Source of the DNA: Bosea sp. (in: a-proteobacteria)
GTDB lineage: Bacteria > Pseudomonadota > Alphaproteobacteria > Rhizobiales > Beijerinckiaceae
Length of the DNA: 64,000 bases
Reading direction: 5' to 3'
Assembly: GCA_035998995.1 (NCBI GenBank)
Contig: DASYHC010000112.1
Location: forward strand, 18,209 to 82,208
This document shows, piece by piece, positions 18,897 to 28,271 of the stretch. The notes below the pieces were generated by a model. It was not told the origin of the DNA. It did no database searches and worked only from the letters and a program-made list of their open reading frames with translations. Positions within the stretch are counted from its first letter, which is position 1. Every line of letters begins with the position of its first letter. Made by a program: the position numbers and the translations under genes.

Positions 18897-19325
18897 TTAT
18901 CTCTCTGCCGGGATCGAATAGGTCCCCGTCGCATGGCAGACCATCTCGGCCTCGCCCTGCGAATAGAGGCTGACCTCTCCGACGGCGAGGCGCTTGCCGA
19001 GCTTGAGCAGCCTCGCCTCACCGATCAGCGCGGACTGCCCCGGCTTGCGCAAGAAATTGTAGTTGAGGCTGGTAGTGACCGCGAGTGCGACCGGGCCGAT
19101 CTGGGCAAGGATCGCGACGTAGAGCGCAAGATCAGCCAGCGCCATCATGGTCGGGCCGGAGATGGTGCCGCCCGGCCGCAGATGCTTCTCATGGTAGTCG
19201 CAGCGCATGCGCGCGCAGAGCGGCCCGACCTCCTCGACGAAATAAGTGCGGCCGCCATAGTGGAGCTGCGGGAAGACCTGATCGAGATAGGCCTCGATCT
19301 CGGCGGCGCTCATGCGGGTCGTCAT
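18897..19325 (-). CDS. PaaI family (hotdog-fold) thioesterase
   Basis: HLRPGGTISGPTMMALADLALY...GKRLAVGEVSLY. ATG at 19325. Confidence 0.85.
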   Translation of the reverse strand: MTTRMSAAEIEAYLDQVFPQLHYGGRTYFVEEVGPLCARMRCDYHEKHLRPGGTISGPTMMALADLALYVAILAQIGPVALAVTTSLNYNFLRKPGQSALIGEARLLKLGKRLAVGEVSLYSQGEAEMVCHATGTYSIPAER

Positions 19326-19419
19326 CGTGCGGAAAACCAAGGGCTGATCGGACGTTAGCCCCCTTGCAGCACGCCCCCCGCCTCCCGACAATAGGACAAA
19401 CAGCGAAAGGCCCGTCGCC

Positions 19420-20226
19420 ATGAACGCCCATGCCAAGGCGCAAATCCTGCTGCGCGAGGATGCCGACGGCATCGCGACCCTGACCCTGAACCGGCCGGAA
19501 GCGCGCAATCCGCTCAGCGAGACGATGCTGTCGGCCCTGTCGGAGACGCTGACCGCAATCGCGGTAGACCACAGCATCCGCGCCGTCGTGCTGGCAGCGG
19601 CCGGCCCGGTCTTTTCCGCCGGGCACGACCTCAAGGAGATGAGCGCGCGTCGGGCCGATCCTGATCGCGGCCGCGCCTATTTCGCCGAGGTCCTCGGGCG
19701 CTGCTCCGGCGTGATGCAGCAGATCACTGCCCTGCCCCAGCCGGTCATCGCCGCGGTTGAAGGCACCGCGACCGCCGCCGGTTGCCAGCTCGTCGCCTCC
19801 TGCGACCTCGCCGTCGCCGGCGAAGCTGCGCGCTTCTGCACACCGGGCGTCCATATCGGCCTGTTCTGCTCGACGCCGATGGTCGCGCTCTCGCGCAACC
19901 TCTCCGCCAAGCATGCGATGGAGATGCTGCTGCTCGGCGAGATGGTGCCAGCGCAGGAGGCCGCGCGAATGGGCCTAGTCAACCGCGTCGTGCCGGCGGG
20001 CGACGCCCCGGCCGAGGCCAAGCGGCTCGCGGCGGTGATCGCCTCGAAATCGGCGGCGACCGTCAAGACCGGCAAGCGCGCCTTCTACGAGCAGCGCGAG
20101 ATGGGGCTGAAGGCGGCCTATGACCACGCCTCGGCGGTGATGGTCGAGAACATGCTGGCGCGCGATGCGCAGGAGGGCATCGGCGCCTTCATGGAGAAGC
20201 GCCAACCGGACTGGCGTCACAGCTGA
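19420..20226 (+). CDS. enoyl-CoA hydratase/isomerase family protein
   Basis: Crotonase fold: LTLNRPEARNPLS, FSAGHDLKE, AVEGTATAAGCQLV. Confidence 0.9.
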   Translation: MNAHAKAQILLREDADGIATLTLNRPEARNPLSETMLSALSETLTAIAVDHSIRAVVLAAAGPVFSAGHDLKEMSARRADPDRGRAYFAEVLGRCSGVMQQITALPQPVIAAVEGTATAAGCQLVASCDLAVAGEAARFCTPGVHIGLFCSTPMVALSRNLSAKHAMEMLLLGEMVPAQEAARMGLVNRVVPAGDAPAEAKRLAAVIASKSAATVKTGKRAFYEQREMGLKAAYDHASAVMVENMLARDAQEGIGAFMEKRQPDWRHS

Positions 20227-20292
20227 GAGGGCGGGCCCGCCAGACGACGAGACCGCCATCGGCATGCAGGTTCACGCGCCAATTCCGTCCGG

Positions 20293-20733
20293 TCAGATGC
20301 CGAAAAGCGGGATCGGTTCCTGTTCCGCTCGCGCCGGCTCTGCTTCGGAGTGCGCCGCCCGCTGCGCTTGCTCATCAGCCGGCAATTGCAGCACGGTCGC
20401 GGTCTGGCCCTGCGAGAGGTTGGTCAGCAATTCGATCCGCCCATTGGGCAGTTCGATTGCGTCGTGATGGGCGTAAGGCTTGTCGAGATCGACCTGGCGA
20501 AAGCGCGCCAGCGTCGCCCCGAGACGGCGACGCGGCAAGAAGCCGATCGCCCTGTCGCATTCGATCTCGGCCGAGAACGCCAGCTCCGTGCCGGGCAGCA
20601 CGCAGACCGCGACATTGGGCTGAGCCGCGGAGCAGAAGCCCCTGGTGCTCGATCCGGCGAAGCTGGTGGTCTTGAGGACGTCGCCGACTTTGGCAGGAGT
20701 CGACATAACATGGTGCAGACTGTAGTCGCACAT
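20293..20733 (-). CDS. hypothetical protein
   Basis: 146-aa GC3-rich ORF starting MCDYSLHHV. No motif recognised. Confidence 0.5.
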   Translation of the reverse strand: MCDYSLHHVMSTPAKVGDVLKTTSFAGSSTRGFCSAAQPNVAVCVLPGTELAFSAEIECDRAIGFLPRRRLGATLARFRQVDLDKPYAHHDAIELPNGRIELLTNLSQGQTATVLQLPADEQAQRAAHSEAEPARAEQEPIPLFGI

Positions 20734-20888
20734 GGCAGGCCCTCCTCACTGGTGAAGAACAGGATTTGCTCTTCCTCTTCCAAGATGGGGAATGCGCTTG
20801 CCGACGCTATGTTCCGGGCATCGGCGCGCTTTCGGCGTCGATTCAGGAACGCCGGGCAACAGGTTCAATTCGCTGGGATTTTGGCTCC

Positions 20889-21419
20889 GTGAATCACGAT
20901 GCTTACGATGATGCGCTCATTCGCCGCATCCTGCGCGAGGTGAAGACCGTCGCGCTGGTCGGCGCCTCCGCCAATGAGGCGCGCCCGAGCTGGATCGTCA
21001 CCAAATACCTGCTCGATCGCGACTACGATGTGATCCCGGTCAATCCCGGGCTCGCCGGGCAGACGCTGCTGGGCAAGACCGTCTATGGCTCGCTCAAGGA
21101 GATTCCCCGGCCGGTCGACATGGTCGAGATCTTCAGAAACTCGGAAGCGGCCGGGCCGATCACCGACGAGGCGCTCGGCCTCTCACCGCTTCCGAAGGTG
21201 ATCTGGATGCAGCTTTCAGTGCGCAATGACGAGGCCGCGGCCAAGGCCGAGGCCAAGGGCGTCACCGTGATCATGAACCGCTGCCCGAAGATCGAATATG
21301 GCCGGCTCTCCGGCGAGATCGGCTGGCAGGGCATCAATTCACGCATTCTCTCGGCGAAGAAGCCGGTGCTGGCCGGCAAGGGCTTCCAGAAGCTGACGAT
21401 CAACCGGCCGGGCACTTAA
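20889..21419 (+). CDS. CoA-binding protein (YccU-like)
   Basis: VKTVALVGASANEARPSWIV..YDVIPVNP...VDMVEIFR..VIWMQ. GTG at 20889 is preferred over the TTG at 20766 because coding character upstream is poor. Confidence 0.7.
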   Translation: MNHDAYDDALIRRILREVKTVALVGASANEARPSWIVTKYLLDRDYDVIPVNPGLAGQTLLGKTVYGSLKEIPRPVDMVEIFRNSEAAGPITDEALGLSPLPKVIWMQLSVRNDEAAAKAEAKGVTVIMNRCPKIEYGRLSGEIGWQGINSRILSAKKPVLAGKGFQKLTINRPGT

Positions 21420-21493
21420 AGGCGGGGCGCCCCCTTTCCTGCTGGCAGACGATCGCTAATCTCGCCGCTTCCGCTCATCGCCGGAGAAGGCCG

Positions 21494-22468
21494 ATGCCCC
21501 GTCTCGATCGCCGCACCGTCCTGTTCGCCGGCCTCGCCAGCACGCTCGGTGCCGGCAGCGCCCACGCCGCCTTCCCCGAGCGACCGATCCAGCTCGTCGT
21601 ACCCTTTGCACCGGCCGGCGGCACCGACATCGCGGCGCGCCGGCTCGGCGAGACGCTGGCGCGGCAACTCGGCCAATCGGTGATCATCGACAACCGGCCA
21701 GGCGCCAACGGCATCGTCGCCGGGCAGGCCGTGGTCAAGGCACCGGCCGACGGCCATACGCTCCTGGTCGCGACCGCGGCCAGCTTCGCCGCCGCCCCGG
21801 CGCTCGGGCAGAAGCTGCCCTATGACGTCGAGCATGACTTCGTGCCGGTCGGCATGCTCGGCCTGTTCCCGCTGGTGCTGAACGCGTCACCAACCCTGCC
21901 GGTCTCCTCGCTCGCCGAATTCCTCGCTTACGCCAAGCAGCGCCCCGGCCAGCTCAATTTCGCCTCGGCCGGGATCGGCGGCACCAACCACCTCGTCTTC
22001 GAGATGATCATGCAGGCGGCCGGGATCAGGCTGGCGCATGTGCCCTATCGCGGCGCCGGGCTCGCCGCGGCAGACCTGATGTCGGGCCAGGTCCATGTCA
22101 TGATCGATAGCCTCGCCGCCAGCCTCGGCAACATCCAGGGCGGCAAGTTGAAGGCGCTGGCCGTGACGACCGATACACGTCAGCCGCAGCTCCCCGATTT
22201 GCCAACGCTGAAGGAGCAGGGCGTCGACATGGTCTATCCCGGTTGGGCCTCGATCGTCGCGCCGGCCGGCATCGCGCCCGACAAGTTGCGTATCCTCAGC
22301 ACCGCGATCAATGCGGCGATGACCGATGCCGAGCTCGTCGCGCGCTATCGCGAGCTGGTGATCGAGCCCGTCGCCTGGAGCCCGCAGGAGACCGGCGCCT
22401 TCATGGGTCGCGACCGCGCAATCCTGACCGAGCTGGTGGCGAAGACCGGGATCAAGCTGACCGAATAG
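21494..22468 (+). CDS. tripartite tricarboxylate transporter substrate-binding protein (Bug/TctC family)
   Basis: Tat/Sec leader followed by FPERPIQLVVPFAPAGGTDIAAR, the hallmark Bug motif. Confidence 0.9.
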   Translation: MPRLDRRTVLFAGLASTLGAGSAHAAFPERPIQLVVPFAPAGGTDIAARRLGETLARQLGQSVIIDNRPGANGIVAGQAVVKAPADGHTLLVATAASFAAAPALGQKLPYDVEHDFVPVGMLGLFPLVLNASPTLPVSSLAEFLAYAKQRPGQLNFASAGIGGTNHLVFEMIMQAAGIRLAHVPYRGAGLAAADLMSGQVHVMIDSLAASLGNIQGGKLKALAVTTDTRQPQLPDLPTLKEQGVDMVYPGWASIVAPAGIAPDKLRILSTAINAAMTDAELVARYRELVIEPVAWSPQETGAFMGRDRAILTELVAKTGIKLTE

Positions 22469-22480
22469 GCGGAGGCAGGC

Positions 22481-23704
22481 ATGCGCCAGGAGAACACGAC
22501 CTGCTGCATCGCCGGCGGCGGCCCGGCCGGAATGATGCTCGGCTTCCTGCTGGCGCGCGCCGGTGTCGACGTGATCGTGCTGGAGAAGCACGCCGATTTC
22601 CTGCGCGACTTTCGCGGCGATACCATCCATCCCTCGACCATGGAGGTGATGCACGAGCTCGGCCTGCTCGACGAGTTCCTGAGGCTGCCGCATGTCAGGG
22701 AGGACGATCTCGTCGCCCGCTTCGGCAACGAGGACATCACTGTCGCCGATTTCAGCCATTTGCCGGTCAAGGCGCCGTTCATCGCCTTCATGCCGCAATG
22801 GGATTTTCTCGACTTCCTCGCCGATCATGGGCGGGCCTTTTCGAATTTCCGGCTGCTGATGCAGACCAGGGCGACCGGACTGATCGAGGAGGCCGGACGT
22901 GTCGTCGGACTGACTGCGGAGGGCCCCGATGGCCCGCTGGAGGTCCGCGCCGATCTCGTCGTCGCGGCGGATGGCCGGCGCTCCGATCTCCGCGCTGCAG
23001 CGGGCTTCAACCCCACCGAACTCGGCGCACCGATGGACGTGCTCTGGTTCCGGCTCAGCCGCCGAACGGACGAGCCAGCGCAGGCCTTCGGGCAGGTCGC
23101 GGCGGGGCGCTTCTTCATCCGGCTCAACCGCGGCGACTACTGGCAATGCGCCTTCATCATCCCGAAGGGCTCGCTTGAGACATTGCAGGCAGCCGGGCTC
23201 GATGCCTTCAAGACCGGGCTCCTGACGCTCGCGCCGGAGCTCGCCGATCGGACTGGTGAACTCGCCTCCTGGGACGACATCAAGCTGCTTTCGGTCGCGG
23301 TCGACCGGCTGGAGCGCTGGTGGCGGCCGGGGCTGATCTGCATCGGCGACGCCGCGCATGCCATGTCGCCGATCGGCGGCGTCGGCATCAACCTGGCGAT
23401 CCAGGATGCTGTCGCGGCCGCCAATCTCCTGGCCAAGCCGCTACGCGAGAAGGCATTGGCGGATGCCGATCTCGCCGCCGTTCAGACGCGGCGCGAATGG
23501 CCTGCCAAGCTCACGCAAACCGCCCAGATCGCGATCCAGAACCGGGTGATCACGCCGCTGCTCGCAGCGGACAAGCCGATCGTACCACCCTGGCCGCTCA
23601 GGCTGTTGCAACGTTTCCCGCTGCTGCGACGACTGCCGGCGCGGATGGTCGGCATGGGCGTGCGGCCGGAGCATGTCGGGCCGGAGCTTGGGCCGCGCCG
23701 CTGA
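22481..23704 (+). CDS. FAD-dependent monooxygenase/oxidoreductase (UbiH-like)
   Basis: GxGxxG in CCIAGGGPAGMMLGFLLARAGVDVIVLEK, and GDAAHAMSPIGGVGINLAIQDA. Confidence 0.85.
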   Translation: MRQENTTCCIAGGGPAGMMLGFLLARAGVDVIVLEKHADFLRDFRGDTIHPSTMEVMHELGLLDEFLRLPHVREDDLVARFGNEDITVADFSHLPVKAPFIAFMPQWDFLDFLADHGRAFSNFRLLMQTRATGLIEEAGRVVGLTAEGPDGPLEVRADLVVAADGRRSDLRAAAGFNPTELGAPMDVLWFRLSRRTDEPAQAFGQVAAGRFFIRLNRGDYWQCAFIIPKGSLETLQAAGLDAFKTGLLTLAPELADRTGELASWDDIKLLSVAVDRLERWWRPGLICIGDAAHAMSPIGGVGINLAIQDAVAAANLLAKPLREKALADADLAAVQTRREWPAKLTQTAQIAIQNRVITPLLAADKPIVPPWPLRLLQRFPLLRRLPARMVGMGVRPEHVGPELGPRR

Positions 23705-23776
23705 ATTGACGCTCGGGATAGCGTTCGTTAAACCGAACAAGACCGTTTCACGATCAGAATTGTCAGGGAGCACGCC

Positions 23777-25054
23777 ATGTCAGACCGCGCACCGGGTTTC
23801 CATACGCTCGCCGTCCATGCCGGCGCTGCTCCCGACGCAGCCACCGGCGCGCGCGCCACGCCGATCTACCAGACGACCTCCTTCGTCTTCGACGATGTCG
23901 ACCACGCCGCCTCGCTGTTCGGGCTGCAGGCCTTCGGCAACATTTACACCCGCATCGGCAACCCGACCAACGCGGTGCTGGAAGAGCGCGTCGCGGCGCT
24001 GGAGGGCGGCACGGCGGCTCTGGCGGTGGCATCGGGCCACGCCGCCGAGTTCCTCTGCTTCCACGCGTTGCTGCAGCCGGGCGACGAGTTCGTCGCCGCC
24101 AAGAAGCTCTATGGCGGCTCGATCAACCAGTTCAATCACTCCTACAAGAACTTCGGTTGGAACGTGATCTGGGCCGATTCCGATGATCTGGAGGCCTTCG
24201 CCGCGGCGGTGACGCCGAAGACCAAGGCGATCTTCATCGAATCCATCGCCAACCCGGGCGGCGTCATCGTCGACATCGCGGGCATCTCAAAGATCGCCAG
24301 GAAGCACAACATCCCGCTGATCGTCGACAACACGATGGCTAGCCCCTATCTGATCCGTCCGTTCGAGCACGGCGCCGACATCGTTGTGCATTCGGCGACC
24401 AAGTTCCTGGGCGGCCATGGCAATTCGATCGGCGGCCTGATCGTCGATGGCGGCTCGTTCAACTGGACCGGCGACGAGCGCTACCCGATGCTGTCCAAGC
24501 CACGGCCGGAATATAACGGCATGGTGCTGGGCGAGACCTTCGGCAATTTCGCCTTCGCGATCGCGACCCGCGTGCTCGGCCTGCGCGACATGGGCCCGGC
24601 GCTCTCGCCCTTCAACGCCTTCATGATCCTGACCGGCATCGAGACGCTGCCGCTGCGTATGCAGCGCCATTGCGAGAATACGCTCAAGGTGGCGACGCAT
24701 CTGTCCAAGCACCCGGCGGTCGAATGGGTGAACTATGCCGGCCTACCGGATAACAAATACCACGCTCTCGCCCAGCGCTATTGCCCCAAGGGCGCCGGCG
24801 CGGTCTTCACTTTCGGCCTCAAGGGCGGCTACGACGCCGGCGTCCAGCTGGTCTCGAAGCTGTCGCTATTCTCGCATCTCGCCAATATCGGCGATACGCG
24901 CTCTCTGGTGATCCACCCGGCCTCGACCACGCACCGCCAGCTCTCGGACGCACAGAAGACGGCATCGGGCGCCGGCCCGGAGGTGGTGCGCCTGTCGATC
25001 GGCATCGAGGATGTCGAGGATCTGATCGCTGATCTCGATCAGGCGCTGGCCTGA
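23777..25054 (+). CDS. metY: O-acetylhomoserine aminocarboxypropyltransferase (sulfhydrylase)
   Basis: Cys/Met-metabolism PLP enzyme. PLP-Lys context [13 protein letters not shown], about 425 aa, MetY-like. Confidence 0.9.
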   Translation: MSDRAPGFHTLAVHAGAAPDAATGARATPIYQTTSFVFDDVDHAASLFGLQAFGNIYTRIGNPTNAVLEERVAALEGGTAALAVASGHAAEFLCFHALLQPGDEFVAAKKLYGGSINQFNHSYKNFGWNVIWADSDDLEAFAAAVTPKTKAIFIESIANPGGVIVDIAGISKIARKHNIPLIVDNTMASPYLIRPFEHGADIVVHSATKFLGGHGNSIGGLIVDGGSFNWTGDERYPMLSKPRPEYNGMVLGETFGNFAFAIATRVLGLRDMGPALSPFNAFMILTGIETLPLRMQRHCENTLKVATHLSKHPAVEWVNYAGLPDNKYHALAQRYCPKGAGAVFTFGLKGGYDAGVQLVSKLSLFSHLANIGDTRSLVIHPASTTHRQLSDAQKTASGAGPEVVRLSIGIEDVEDLIADLDQALA

Positions 25055-25060
25055 GCCCTT

Positions 25061-25150
25061 CCGTCATTGCGAGCGTAGCGAAGCAATCCAGAGGCGGCAG
25101 AGCTCTTCGCCAGCTGGATTGCTTCGTCGCTTCGCTCCTCGCAATGACGG
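25061..25150. repeat. REP-B long palindromic intergenic repeat
   Basis: ccgtcattgcgagcg.agcgaagcaatccag ... ctggattgcttcgtcgcttcgctcctcgcaatgacgg, between convergent metY and the HIT gene. Confidence 0.8.
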
Positions 25151-25591
25151 TTAGGCCTGATCCATTTCCTCGCGGATGCGGCGGGCCGTCGCCTGCTGCT
25201 CATCCGCGGGCGGGTGCGGGCAATCGCGATAGGTCACGACCTCCTCGGCGATATAGCGCCGGGAGGTCACATCGTCCGAACGCACCATCGGGATGAGATG
25301 GGCGTGGGCATGGGCGATGTCGTTGCCGGTGAACATGAAGGCGACTTTCGGTACGCCGTAGATCCGCTTCAGGGCTTTGGCCAGGCGCTGGCCGAGCTGG
25401 ATGGCTTCGGCCGCGAGCTCCGCCGGCATCTCCTCGAAATAGGGGTGATGCGCCCGCGGCACGATCTGGACATGGCCCGGCCGCACCGGCGCGATATCAA
25501 GGAAAGCGACGAGGTTCTCGGTTTCGGCGACGCGATGCGACGGGACCTTCCCGGCCGTGATCGCGCAGAACAGACAGCCGTCAGGCCGCAT
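25151..25591 (-). CDS. HIT family protein
   Basis: CLFCAI..., HVQIVPR, histidine triad HAHAHLIP. Confidence 0.85.
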   Translation of the reverse strand: MRPDGCLFCAITAGKVPSHRVAETENLVAFLDIAPVRPGHVQIVPRAHHPYFEEMPAELAAEAIQLGQRLAKALKRIYGVPKVAFMFTGNDIAHAHAHLIPMVRSDDVTSRRYIAEEVVTYRDCPHPPADEQQATARRIREEMDQA

Positions 25592-26648
25592 CCTTCTCTC
25601 CCTGCTCCGTGCGGGTCAGATGCACCACGCCCATCGCCAATACGGTGAAGCCGAGCGCCTGATGGGCGAGGCCGGCCCAGAGCGGCACGACCAAGAGCAA
25701 CGTCACGATGCCGAGCGCAGATTGCGCGAGCACAAGCCCGGCAATGGCAGTAGCGCGCTTGGCGGCGCCTGAGCCCGGCGCAGAGCGGCGGAGATTCAGT
25801 ACCTGCCAGAGTGCGAAGGCGAACAGGATGTAGGCGCCGATGCGGTGGTTGAACTGCACCAGCGCGACATTGTCGACGAAGTTCTCCCAGACCGGCGTCC
25901 CGGCGAAGAGCGTCGTGGACGACGGCACCAGCGCCCCGTCCATCAATGGCCAGGTGTTGAAGGTGAAGCCGGCCTTGGAGCCGGCGACGAGGCCGCCGAG
26001 CGCGATCTGGACGAAGAGTAGCAGGAGCAGAAGCCACGCCGCCGCCCTGCCCCGCATCGGCTCGGTCCGGCGCAGAGGGGTGAGCCAGGTGGCGAAAGCG
26101 ATCACGCTGGCGAAGAAGAAGCCGGCGAAGGTCAGGTGCAGCGTCAGCTTGACCGGCGCGACCGCGACCATGCCGGGCTGCAAGCCCGAGGCGACCATGA
26201 TCCAGCCGATCGTGCCCTGCAGGCCGAGCAGCAGGCCCATGCCGAACAGGATCGCCGTTTCACGCCACGGCATCGACCGCCGCAGCAGGACGACGAGGAA
26301 GCCTGCGAGATAGAGCACGCCGATGAAGCGGCCAAGCTGGCGATGGCCCCATTCCCACCAGTAGATGAACTTGAAGTCGGCGAGCTCCATCCCCGAGTTG
26401 AGGAGCTGAAATTGCGGGCTCAGCTGATACTTCTCGAATTCGAGCGCCCAGGCGGCATCGCTGAGCGGCGGGATCGCGCCGGTGACGGGGCGCCATTCGG
26501 TGATCGAGAGGCCGGAGCCGGTCAGCCGCGTCGCGCCGCCGACCACGACCATGACGAAGACCAGGAAGGCGACGGCCCAGAGCCAGCGGCGAATGCCGGC
26601 ATGGCCGGTGGCGGCCGGAACGGCAGGCTGATCGAGCGCGATCGTCAC
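25581..26648 (-). CDS. ctaA: heme A synthase (COX15/CtaA family)
   Basis: VVGGATRLTGSGLSITEWRPVTG... in a multi-TM protein. GTG at 26648 was chosen because the longer track ORF overlaps the divergent DUF2842 gene. 11-nt overlap with the HIT gene start. Confidence 0.85.
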   Translation of the reverse strand: MTIALDQPAVPAATGHAGIRRWLWAVAFLVFVMVVVGGATRLTGSGLSITEWRPVTGAIPPLSDAAWALEFEKYQLSPQFQLLNSGMELADFKFIYWWEWGHRQLGRFIGVLYLAGFLVVLLRRSMPWRETAILFGMGLLLGLQGTIGWIMVASGLQPGMVAVAPVKLTLHLTFAGFFFASVIAFATWLTPLRRTEPMRGRAAAWLLLLLLFVQIALGGLVAGSKAGFTFNTWPLMDGALVPSSTTLFAGTPVWENFVDNVALVQFNHRIGAYILFAFALWQVLNLRRSAPGSGAAKRATAIAGLVLAQSALGIVTLLLVVPLWAGLAHQALGFTVLAMGVVHLTRTEQGEKDAA

Positions 26649-26750
26649 GTTGGCGGGACCTCGGGTCGCAGGCAGCGGAGTTGATTGCGCTTCACAAGCG
26701 CGGCGGCGGGTGACAGATAGTCCGCCCGCAAGACCTGAACAACGCCCGCA

Positions 26751-26984
26751 ATGCCGCAGCCCGGACAGACGATCGCCATGAGGCAGACCCATCGCAAGCT
26801 CATCGGCACGGTCGTGATGATCGTCTTCGTCTGCGTCTACGCGCTCGTCGCCATGGCGCTGGCGCAAGGGCGGATCACCGAAGCTTCGAAGCCGGTGCAG
26901 ACCATCGCCTATATCGCGCTCGGCCTGGTCTGGGTGCTGCCGCTGCTGCCGCTGATCAAGTGGATGGAGCGGAAGGACGGGTAG
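26751..26984 (+). CDS. DUF2842-like small membrane protein
   Basis: Two TM helices, LIGTVVMIVFVCVYAL...LPLLPLIKWM. Usual divergent partner of ctaA in alphaproteobacteria (from memory). Confidence 0.6.
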   Translation: MPQPGQTIAMRQTHRKLIGTVVMIVFVCVYALVAMALAQGRITEASKPVQTIAYIALGLVWVLPLLPLIKWMERKDG

Positions 26985-26985
26985 C

Positions 26986-27092
26986 CGTCATTCTCGGACG
27001 CAGCGAAGCGGAGATCCGAGAATCTCATGACGAGAAGGCGTTCAGCAGAGCCTCATTCGGCCTGAGATGCTCGGGTCAAGCCCGAGCATGAC
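26986..27092. repeat. REP-A composite palindromic repeat, copy 3 (inverted orientation)
   Basis: cgtcattctcgg..ccgagaatctcatgacg ... gatgctcgggtcaagcccgagcatgac. Confidence 0.85.
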
Positions 27093-27099
27093 GGCTAAT

Positions 27100-28155
27100 C
27101 TACCCGACATTTACCTTCCGCCCTCGATTCCACAGCAGGAACGGCAACCCCGACAGCAGCGCCTTCAGCGCTGCATCGCTCTGGTGCAGGCCGTTGAGCG
27201 AGACGCGCGGCAGCGCATGCAGATGCTCCGCGTGTTCGGCGAAGAGATGGCCCGGCCGCGTCGTCACGGCGCTGGCAAAGCCTGCCTCCTTTGCAAAAGC
27301 GAACTCGCGTGGGCCAGCGGAGCCGGGATCGCCGACCGGATAGGCGAAATGGCGGATCGGCATCTCCAATGTCGCCTCAAGCCAGGCTTTGCTCTCGGCG
27401 ATCTCGCGCCGCGCGACATCTTCCGGATGCTTGGCCAGCATCGGATGGCTCAGCGTATGCGCGCCAATGGTGACGCCGGGCGCGCCGGCGAGCGAGCGCA
27501 GCGTCTCGGTCGGCAGGCACTCGCGCTCGACCAATGCCTCAGGGTCGATGCCGGCCTGCGTCGTCAGCTCGGAAATCGCTGAAAGCAGAATCGCTTCCGG
27601 CCCCTTGCGCAGACGCCAGTAGAGCCGGTCGAACGCAGTCTGCTTCTCGGCGTCGGTTCCAGCCGCAGCGTCGAAGCGGCCATCGGGAAGCTCGACAGAG
27701 ACGCGCGGCAAGGCCCGGATCGCCTCCTCCAGCTCCAGCCACCAGAGCCGGGCCGTGCGCTCGGCGAAGCCGCGCACGACATAGAGCGTCCAGGGCGCCT
27801 GATGCTTCGCCAGCACCGGCCAGGCATGGTCGAGATTGTCGCGATAGCCGTCGTCGAAGGCGAGCGCGACGAAGAAGCGGCCGGGCGTGGGATCGGCCAG
27901 CCGCGCCAGCGCCTCGTCGAGCGAGACGATGTCGTAGCCTTCAGCCCGGATCAGGGTCAGTGCCCGGTCGAGGAACTCAGGCGTGACCTCCAGCAGCCCG
28001 TTCGGACGGAAGCCACTACCGGCAGCAGCCTGGCGGACATGGTGCAGCGTCAGGATCGCGCCCTTGCCCTGCGCGAGCCCTCTGCCCCAGCGGTCGGCGC
28101 CGGTCGCCGCGATGGCCGCGAAGGCGGCTGAAAAAGCCTTGTGGCGCAGGCTCAT
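27100..28155 (-). CDS. polysaccharide deacetylase family protein
   Basis: NodB-homology motifs: ALAFDDGYRDN, HTLSHP. Confidence 0.85.
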   Translation of the reverse strand: MSLRHKAFSAAFAAIAATGADRWGRGLAQGKGAILTLHHVRQAAAGSGFRPNGLLEVTPEFLDRALTLIRAEGYDIVSLDEALARLADPTPGRFFVALAFDDGYRDNLDHAWPVLAKHQAPWTLYVVRGFAERTARLWWLELEEAIRALPRVSVELPDGRFDAAAGTDAEKQTAFDRLYWRLRKGPEAILLSAISELTTQAGIDPEALVERECLPTETLRSLAGAPGVTIGAHTLSHPMLAKHPEDVARREIAESKAWLEATLEMPIRHFAYPVGDPGSAGPREFAFAKEAGFASAVTTRPGHLFAEHAEHLHALPRVSLNGLHQSDAALKALLSGLPFLLWNRGRKVNVG

Positions 28156-28271
28156 GCCCGGCGTCTCCGAGAGATCGATTCAACCCTTCGCTAACGCTGT
28201 TTCGCGATGGCGTCATGCAACGTCCGCGACAGTGGCAGGTCCGTTCACAATGCCGGGTTAAGGAGGACGGC

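Noticed and set aside
23705-23776. Possible SAM-responsive riboswitch in the metY leader.
   Set aside because: The leader is only 72 nt, and I could not recognise the SAM-II, SAM-V or SAM/SAH pseudoknot consensus by eye. A cmsearch would be decisive.
25581-26867. 428-aa version of the ctaA ORF with an N-terminal extension.
   Set aside because: The extension is Arg/His/Asp-rich and overlaps the divergent DUF2842 gene. An in-frame GTG at 26648 gives a typical CtaA length.
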